Shown here piece by piece: positions 1 through 64,000 of a stretch of DNA of 64,000 nucleotides. The stretch lies in NCBI RefSeq assembly GCF_009914755.1, contig NC_060931.1; one strand, 5' to 3'. The notes under the pieces were generated by a model. It made no database searches and was not told where the DNA came from. It saw only the letters and a list, made by a program, of their open reading frames with translations. The translations under genes and the position numbers were made by a program. The stretch is from the human T2T-CHM13v2.0 reference genome, Homo sapiens. The first letter of the stretch is position 1, and every line of letters starts with the position of its first letter.

Positions 1-381
1 CATAAGCAAAAGGCTCATTGAAGACATCTTTTGAAAGGCACCTTATTCTAGAGTAAATTTCCTACTCTTGAATGAGACCCCTAAAAAGAATCGGTTTTAG
101 TCCTTCTGCCCTGGGAACAAGAAAATCTAAGTGCATGGGGCCTCCGTGAGTGAGATTCGTCATAGTGCGCTGCAGCGATGGATCGGGAAATCCCAGGGTG
201 AGAGGAACCAGCTCAGGGAATCAGCGAATTTATCTCGAGAGCCATGAGCCGTGGAACCGTGTTCCTCCACACACTCGGCTTCTCTTTTCTAAAGAGGGAT
301 TTTCCCTGCTCCAAGGGTTATCCTTTTTTTGGTTCCGAGCAGCGAGTGCTTCTGGGTCCTGAAGTCCTCTTCTTTGTTTAG

Positions 382-10592
<10,211 letters not shown>

Positions 10593-10937
10593 AGGGACAG
10601 TGGCCAGGGACTTCGGTGCAGATTAAGAGCCTGGGCAGCCAGCTTGCTACTGAGGCCAGGCTGATAGGAGCTCAGGAGGGCGCGGGAGTCCTGGGAGAGG
10701 AGGCAAGGCCCACGGTGGGCTTGGCACCCTCACAGACACGCGGGGCTGGCCCCCCTGCTCACCCTCTGGGCTTTGTCTCCGAGCCTTTTGCTCCCAGGCA
10801 ACACTGAGCTGAGCTGAGGGGTGCCATGGAGCGGCTCTGATTGGAGGCTTGAGGCCCTGTGGCTGGGTCGGGTGGAGGCTGCTGGGTCTGTTTCCTAGTC
10901 TTTTGTTTTTGGACAGTTGATGGGCAAGAAGAGCTGC

Positions 10938-10949
10938 AGTAAAAGTAAA
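10938..10949 (+). terminator. Candidate proximal AP5Z1 poly(A) signals (two AGTAAA variants)
   Basis: AGTAAAAGTAAA about 350 nt after the stop, preceded by a U-rich stretch. Confidence 0.5.
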
Positions 10950-11299
10950 TCTCCTTTAATAAGCGTCTGTATGAAGAGTGCGCGATCAGTTCCGTTACCT
11001 GCCCTGCACCCTGGGGAGAGGACCAGGGATGGGAACCCCTGGCAGCTGCTGCCAGTCCTGGAGGCTCAGCCCGGCGTGCCACTGCTGCTACAGAAACCAG
11101 GTCATTTGTGCACAGCCCGGAAGGCAGCGGCGCGAGTTCCCGGGTGTGGTCACCGCTCTGGGTGGTGCGCTTGTCAATGCCCCTTTTGATGCCCTTGAAT
11201 AGCCTGAAGATGAAGGGGACCGGGGGAGGGTTGCAAGCGCCATGGCCTATGCAGGCTGCGGCCTCTGGCCATTCGGAGGGAAGGCCCCAGGGAGCCACC

Positions 11300-11950
11300 T
11301 GAGTGGAGCTCAGAACACTGGATTCGCGCGAAGGGGAGGTGTCTGGGCGTGCGGCCCCAGCCCCGCCACCTTCCTGGGCCCTGTGGTCCCACCCTCCGGA
11401 CTACCAAGGCACAGCTGTGTCGCACGTTCCGCCCGGTGCCTGGGACGGGCTCAGCCGCCAGGGGGCGCCGCCGCCCCGAGAGCCTCACGCCCCGCCCCCA
11501 GGCTCAAACTCTTCCCCCTCCCCACTCTGGCTCCGCCCCCGGTCTCCTCTTTTGCTCTGGCCCCGCCCACCTCCCCTCCGGCCTCGGCCCCGCCCCCAAT
11601 CCCCCATAGCTCTGCGACTAAGAAACCACAGGCTGAAGGCGACTGCAGGGTCCTGCCCCTTGCCCAGCCTCAGGACTATGGAGGGGGCGAGTGACGCGCA
11701 AGGAACGGAGCAGGGGACACCGTGCGGGCTCAGGAGCTCCCCAGATGCCCGAGCCGAACCGCGGGGTCCTCACCGCCAGGTTCCAGCCCAGGAAGCGCTC
11801 GCCTGCCCCACAGCCTGGGCCTTGGGTCGCGTTCCGAGCTCCAGGACGGCTGGTGTCCCCCGCGGCCTGCGATGACAGCCCAGGGCCGCTGAGCCGGGGC
11901 CGCAGGAAAGGCTGGCGCTGGCAGGCGCTTCCGTCGGCAGCACTGTGTTT
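11300..11950. promoter_or_regulatory. CpG island with clustered GC boxes and a CTCF motif, downstream of the AP5Z1 stop
   Basis: High CpG density; several CCCCGCCC boxes 11360-11600; GCCGCCAGGGGGCGCC at 11454-11469. Confidence 0.7.
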
Positions 11951-12124
11951 GTGTTTCCACGTGGAAACAGCAGCGCACGTGTACAACTGTGCATACCAAG
12001 GCGTGCGTGCCAGTGCGCGGGTCTCGGGATCACTTCCCAGTGCGGTGCACGACCCCGCCTGCAGCAGTGGGTGTGGGGGCGCTGCTGGGCTCATCCCGAA
12101 GCTCAGAGAGCGTGGGGCTGCCCC

Positions 12125-12435
12125 TAGGCTCGGAATGAGTCTCCCACTGAGTCCGCAGCTCCCCTCCTGCCCTGGGGCGGGGCTTCCCTGACCTGAAGGC
12201 GTCGGGGGTGTCCTGGCTCCCAGCTCCCAGGCACTCGTGGGGCCACCGCCCAGGCCAGCTGGTGCTAAGTCCGCAGCCTGTGCAGCAGCGCCCGGCTTAG
12301 GACTGGGAGTGTGACTTGAAGGGCCGTCCCGCTCATCCAAGGGACAAGGAGGAGCTCATGGCCACAGGGCCTCGGAGGGCATGACCCCAGCCCAGGGAGG
12401 AGCAACCTTCAGGTGGCCTCCAGGAGGCAGCTGGG
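12125..12435 (-). pseudogene. Degenerate duplicate of RADIL exon 10 and its flanks (source ~24705-25020)
   Basis: Co-linear similarity, e.g. gagtctcccactgagtcc(g/c)cag, ctgacctgaaggc, gacaag(g/a)aggagctcatgg; donor GT->GG and acceptor CAG->TGG both destroyed. Confidence 0.9.
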
Positions 12436-12554
12436 AAAAGGGCAAAGCTCACCAGCTCTCAACTTTTTTTTTAAATAAACTGAAATTTTAGAATAGTTTT
12501 TCAGATTTACAGAAAAGATGATAAACCTTAGAAACATTATATGCTAAGTGAAAG

Positions 12555-13942
12555 TGAGAAGTGACAGCCTGCTGGCAGTCCTCACAGCCCTCGCTCGCTC
12601 TTGGCGCCTCCTCTGCCTGGGCTCCCACTTTGGCAGCACTTGAGGAGCCCTTCAGCCCGCCACTGCACTGTGGGAGCCCCTTTCAGGGCTGGCCAAGGCC
12701 GGAGCCGGCTCCCTCAGCTTGCGGGGAGGTGTGGAGGGAGAGGCGCGGTGGGAACCAGGGCTGCACGCGGTGCTTGCGGGCCAGCGCGAGTTCCGGGTGG
12801 GCGTGGGCTCTGTGGGCCCCGCACTCGGAGCCGCCGGCTAGCCCCGCCAGCCTGGGCAGTGAGGGGCTTAGCACCTGGACCAGCAGCTGCTGTGCTCGAT
12901 TTCTCACTGGGCCTTAGCTGCCTTCCTGCGGGGCAGGGCTGGGGACCTGCAGCCCGCCATGCCTGAGCCTCCCCCCTCCCCTCCGTGGGTTCCTGCGCAG
13001 TCCGAGCCTCCCCAACGAGTGTTGCCACCTGCTCAGGGCACCCAGTCCCATCGACCACCCAAGGGCTGAGGAGTGCCTTTGGAGCAGGGCACGGGACTGG
13101 CAGGCAGCTCTACCTGCAGCCCCTGTGCAGGATCCACTGGGTGAAAGCCAGCTGGGCTCCTGAGTCTGGTGGGGACTTGGAGAACCTTTATGTCTAGCTA
13201 AGGGATTGTAAATAAACCAATTGGCACTCTGTATCTAGCTCAAGGTTTGTAAACACACCAATCAGCACCTTGTGTCTAGCTCAGGGTTTGTGAATGCACC
13301 AATAGACACTCTGTATCTAGCTACTCTGGTGGGGACTTGGAAAACCTTTTTGTCAACACTCTGTATCTAGTTAATCTGGTGGGGACATGGAGAACCTTTG
13401 TGTCTAGCTCAGGGATTGTAAACGCACCAATCAGCACCCTGTCAAAACAGACCACTCGGCTCTACCAGTCAGCAGGATGTGGGTGGGGCCAGATGAGAAT
13501 AAAAGCAGGCTGCCCGAGCCAGCAGTGACAACCCACTCGGGTCCCCTTCCACACCGGGATGCTTTGTTTGTTCGCTCTTTGCAATAAATCTTGCTGCTGC
13601 TCACTCTTTGGGTCCACACTGCCTTTATGAGCTATAACACTCATCGCAAAGATCTGCAGCTTCACTCCTAAAGCCAGCAAGACCACGAACCCACTGGGAG
13701 GAACGAACAACTCCAGACGCGCCGCCTTAAGAGCTGTAACACTCACCGCGAAGGTCTGCAGCTTCACTCCTGAGCCAGCGAGACCACGAACCCACCAAAA
13801 GGAAGAAACTCCGAACACATCCGAACATCATAAAGAACAAACTGCGGACACGCAGCCTTTAAGAACTGTAACACTCACCGCGAGGGTCCGCGACTTCATT
13901 CTTGAGGTCAGTGAGACCAAGAACCCACCAATTCCGGACACA
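12555..13942 (+). mobile_element. Solo ERV9 LTR (LTR12C-like), full length, 4-bp TSD AAAG
   Basis: Starts TGAGAAGTGACAGC, ends ATTCCGGACACA; CCAAT/ctctgtatctag repeats, AATAAA at 13498 and 13583, U5 gtaacactcaccgcg repeats; AAAG on both sides. Confidence 0.95.
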
Positions 13943-13980
13943 AAAGAATCCAGACCCAAGGCCACATACTGCATGACTCA

Positions 13981-17179
<3,199 letters not shown>

Positions 17180-17190
<11 letters not shown>

Positions 17191-17372
17191 ATTAAATATT
17201 TATATTTTATATAATAAAATATAAAAAATGTTTATAAAATATACGAATATATTACGTATACATGAATATGTAATATATTCATATATAATTATATATTTAT
17301 ATATATTCATATATTTTACATATCTTAAATATATATACAAACACTATATATATATATATATTTTATCCAGTA
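17180..17372. repeat. AT-rich low-complexity (TA)n tract
   Basis: Directly visible. Confidence 0.9.
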
Positions 17373-17485
17373 TTTTGGGAACCTGGCAGTGGTCGCCGTT
17401 TCGAGCCAGGCGCAATGCGGAGCCGCACACAGAACTGCGGGTCGGCAGAGGGCGCGGGGCGGACGCGCTGCACCTCGCCGTAGCG

Positions 17486-17501
17486 CACACCAGGGGGCAG
17501 C
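17486..17501 (+). promoter_or_regulatory. CTCF-like motif in a small CpG-rich patch
   Basis: CACACCAGGGGGCAGC versus consensus CCACCAGGGGGCGC. Confidence 0.6.
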
Positions 17502-17559
17502 GTGGAGCTGCACGAGGCCCAGGGCCTGGGACAGACCCAGGACACCGATCTGGGGACCC

Positions 17560-18260
17560 CGCACAGACCTCTGTCCCAGTGAGAGGTGCATCTGCAACTG
17601 ATGCCGGGACCCTCTTCCCCAGGGTTTCTCTGTTGCTATCAAAGATGACCCTGGGCCACCAGTTCCACCACAGCCAGGAGGGCGCGGAAGCCACCCACAC
17701 CCAGTTGGTGGAGCTGCTGAGGATGCCCAGCGACCCACGCTGTCACCCCGAGGCAGCAAGTGCCCTGCCCTGGTCCTGCGCATGGTCAGCCAGCTGGTGG
17801 AGAGGGACGCTGGCCTCCTGCCCGGGTTAGGGCCGGTGGCCAGGGGGACGCTGGTGAGGATTAAGGGCCTGGGGCCGCCAGCCTGGTATCAGGGCCACGC
17901 TGGTGGCTTTAGTAGGGGAGAGGAACTCAGGAGGGAGCAGGAGTCCTGGGAGAGGAAGCAGGGCCCAGGGTGGGCTCGGCGCCTCAGAGACCATCAGGCC
18001 GGTCCACTTTCCAACGCCTGGGTGTCTAGACCTTTCTCTGGGGCCTGTGCTGAGCAGCGGGATCAGAAGTCCAGCATCCTCTGCCAGGTCTGGCCCTGCT
18101 TCAGCTGGGAGGGGCTGTTGGAGCTGCTTCCTGCAGTGCCCTGTGTCTGGGTGGGACGGGGGCAGGGAGAGTCAGTTCAGATGATCCCCTGATGACAGCT
18201 GTCACTGCATTCTCCCGTGCCGGTGGCAGGCAGAGGCCATGGGGAGCCCCTGCGGCCCCT
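17560..18260 (+). pseudogene. Degenerate duplicate of AP5Z1 intron-16 end, exon 17 and proximal 3' UTR (source ~10260-11045)
   Basis: Translates RVSLLLSKMTL..QEGAEATHTQLVELLRMPS..PRCHPEAASALP versus RASLLLSKMRTL..EEGAEAIRTRATELLTLLKMPS..PRYHRDANTALP; UTR similarity continues (ggagtcctgggagagga, gtgggct). Confidence 0.93.
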
Positions 18261-18329
18261 CCGAGCAGCCCACGCCTGCTGCCCGAGTTGAGACCCCAGC
18301 AGGGCACCCTCTAAGAACGGGAAAAATAG

Positions 18330-18335
18330 TTTATT
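18330..18335 (-). terminator. RADIL proximal poly(A) signal AATAAA
   Basis: tttatt on + strand about 250 nt past the RADIL stop. Confidence 0.7.
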
Positions 18336-18584
18336 GAACCGTACTTCTCCATTGAAGTCTTTAAACATAAAAGCTCTGTAACAAACATCACAATTTCACG
18401 TCATCTGCCATATAAATAGAACCTACACTGAGATGCATGTTATCAACAGGCATGTCCCCAGGGTGAGGCTCCCCACCCGGGACCCAACTTGGTCAGTTAC
18501 AAAACAGGGACGAAGGCGGGAGGAAGCCCAGTGTCACCAGGTGGGACCGGGTGCCGGGCCTGTGGGGGTGTCCTCGCAGCCCCC

Positions 18585-55807
<37,223 letters not shown>

Positions 55808-55848
55808 CTGGAACAGAAGCAACACAAGGTGAACAGTTAGAAGTCTCA

Positions 55849-56205
<357 letters not shown>

Positions 56206-56739
56206 CTAAGCCACGTCTCCTAATGCCGTTACTGTTCTGTCAAAACAGGTCTGGTGGAGACTCAAGGACTCTGCCCTCTAGCCACGCCCCTCGAAAAACC
56301 AGACAGTGCCTTGGCACCACCGTGGCACCCACAGAACAGTCTCAGAGCAGGCAGCCTGCCTGTCAAATCCTCAGGCTGAGGGGACCACGCCTCCCCTGCA
56401 GCAGCCCAGGGTCACACCGCGGCCTGCCCGACCAGCCAGCACCACGGCCCACAGGCCTCAAACCACAGACGTTTTCCCACGGCAGCCTGGGCCTCTGCAG
56501 GGTCACCACGCCGCCTCCAGAGCCCTGCCCCATCCATCTGTGCACCAGGCGAAACTCCCCTGGGGGTGGTGCTCTGACGAGACGAGACGGACTGGTCAGC
56601 ATCCTGCCCCTACTTTACAAGGAGGAGGTGTCACTGTGCCACATCACCCCAGCCCATGGGGCTGCCGATGGCCTGCTCCTGCAACAGCATCGCTGCCTCC
56701 TTCCCAAGGCTGTCTCTGATACCCCCAAGCCAAAGCAGG

Positions 56740-56937
56740 CACACACACAAACACACGTGTGCATACACATGCCCACAAATACACATGCACCCACACAAAA
56801 ATGCACACACACATGCACACACATGCACCCAAAAACACACATGCACACACATACACACACGCCAACACACATGCACCCACACACATTAACACATACATGC
56901 ACACAAACATGCGCACAGTTCAGAGATAACACACACC
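56740..56937. repeat. (CA)n-rich simple repeat
   Basis: Directly visible. Confidence 0.9.
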
Positions 56938-58439
56938 CTTAGAAGACTTAATATCTCATAAATACAGACACGCTCTCTAAATGCATGCTCTGGGAAAGCC
57001 AGCTGGCTGCGATAGATGAAAACCGCTCACCAGTCCCCAGCTGACCCGGCGCTGTCTTTTCTGAGCCCTCTGCTGAGTTCCCTGTACGCAGCCTTTCAGG
57101 TTAAGATCCATCCCCATCTGTGGCGGCCTTTCCTCCAACCATTCCCAATAAAACCAAACAAAAGCCGGATGGAGGGAGGCGTCAGCTGGCTGAGGAAGAC
57201 CCTTACCAGCGCCAGCAGCCCCGCCGTCCTTCCCAAGGCAGCCGGCAGCCTGTGCATCTGCAGCCCGCAGGGGGCCAGGGCGTGAGGGAGGCCGCCCAGC
57301 CGCAGTGCGAGGCTGCTGGGCTGGGCTGCTCACCACCCGTGCTCCTGCCGCCTGCAGAACCCGGCCCAGCCTGGCAGGCGGCAGGTGCCCAGCAGGTGGG
57401 GCCCAGTTCCCCTACCTCATCCCACCCGCCACTCCCACAAGCGTTACCAGCCCCACAGCTCAGCCTCATTGCACAACTATGGGGCCAGATCCGAAAGAAG
57501 AACAAAAACAGCTCCAAATGATGCTCCGGCCCTCAACTTTCTCCCAAATCCAGGGCCAGGTTGTAGGAGGTGACCTCAGAGTGACCTGCTGGAAGTCCCA
57601 GGGCCATGGGGCAGGAAGGGTTGCTTCTCCTCCTAGAGTCCCAGGGGCTCCCAGAGGACCTGGCCACAAATGCGGCACGGGATGTCCCAGGCCTGTGTCC
57701 CCTGGGGCTGCAGCCCCAGGCAAGTGGCTCGCAGCTGAGTGTACCCTGCTCCTCCAGGCAAGGCTCCACAGCCTCCTGAGGCCCAGGGCTGGGCTCTCTG
57801 CAGGTCGGAACCAATGCTGACACGCAGGGGCCACTCCCAGGGTCTCCTTCCTGGTGCTGGGTAGGCCTGCATGTGTGCAGAAGGGCCAGGCTGCCAGCCT
57901 CCAACGAGGGGCCGGAGGTGAGGCCTCTCCTCTGGGCGGTGGGGCTGTCCCTGCACCCAAGGCCACAAGCATGACAGAGCCTCCCTCTGAGTGCAGGTGT
58001 GGGGGAGGTGAAGCAGCAGCAGCCACTGCCAATACTGGCACAGCCGTGGGCATGGCCAGTGTGGACAGCAACTGACCACGCCACTCTGCTCCTCAGTCCC
58101 CTGCTGTGGAACAGCCAGCAGGACCCGTGCACTCGTGCACACATGCATGCACACGTGCACACGTGCACACGTACATTCAGCACCGCTTGAGTTAGCAAAG
58201 CCCAGAACCCACCCAATCACCCCCCACAGGGAGCCGCCATGCACGGGAGGAGAGCTCTGCAGAGAGAAGACCGTAGCCAGCTGTGTACGTGACCACAGGG
58301 TGAAAGAGCAAGCTACAGGTAACACGTGACGTGATGTAACACATGATATGACGCGTTGGCTCAGTTTTTTTTAAAAGCACCTAAAACACCGCTGTATATA
58401 GCTTACGGTTTCTATATATGTGCATGCAAAGCTATTTTT

Positions 58440-58630
58440 TACCCCAAAGTCATTCAGGAGTAGGTTGTTTAATTTCCATGTAATTGTATGGTTTTGAGCA
58501 ATCTTCTTAGTACTGATTTCTAATTTTATTGGGCTGGGGTCGGAGAGTGTGCTTGGTATAATTTCCGTTTTTTTTAATTCGCTGAGAATTCAAACAAATG
58601 TGTTTTATGGCCAAGCGTGTGGTCAGTGTA
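58440..58630 (-). mobile_element. L1 internal fragment
   Basis: aagtcattcaggagtaggttgtttaatttccatgtaattgtatggttttgag. Confidence 0.75.
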
Positions 58631-58954
58631 GAGCTATTTTATAAAAGAGCAATGCACACAGTGCGTTTACCACATGGCGGCTGTCCTCAACAGGTGGCAG
58701 GGGAAGCCTAGGCATGGTGGAAAAAATGACTTCAATTTCATAGGATTTAGTATAGTGCCAGTATGTAACAGAATATATGTTATATATAATTTATGATAAA
58801 TATATTATCATAACTTTATATCATGTTTGACTTATTTCATTTTTTTAAACTCTAAACAAATATGATAAAAATCTTTACCTGTCAAATCTGGGAGGGGAAC
58901 CCAGGTGTCAGATAAATGTAACTGATGATACTTTATTTTTAAAAGCTTTCCTGT

Positions 58955-64000
<5,046 letters not shown>

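Noticed and set aside
11050-12100. Remnants of RADIL exons 11-15 in the left duplicate
   Set aside because: Only vague short similarities (e.g. 11975-12050 versus 24340-24440); cannot be supported without an alignment

Overview
Human genomic DNA (recognised from the encoded proteins as the 7p22.1 AP5Z1/RADIL locus) with two convergent, tail-to-tail genes. AP5Z1 (+; AP-5 adaptor zeta subunit, SPG48) is present as coding exons 2-17 (382-10592). RADIL (-; Rap effector with RA, FHA-like, DIL and PDZ domains) is present as coding exons 3-15 (55807 down to 18585). All exon boundaries were read at GT/AG sites and the phases close into continuous frames. The window also holds the MIR4656 hairpin, a Y3 RNA retro-pseudogene, a solo LTR12C and a MER41 LTR nested in an old L1 3' end, THE1 and MLT1 LTRs, many Alus and several tandem repeats. 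Two structures stand out. (1) An apparent old duplication across the tail-to-tail junction: a dead copy of RADIL exon 10 lies behind AP5Z1, and a degenerate copy of AP5Z1 exon 17, still with its acceptor, lies behind RADIL. (2) A ~35-unit 36/39-bp VNTR that multiplies the RADIL exon-11 splice donor in frame, with a single stop-containing unit acting as a cap. Repeat-family names come from recalled consensus sequences, not a RepeatMasker run, and repeat coordinates are approximate.
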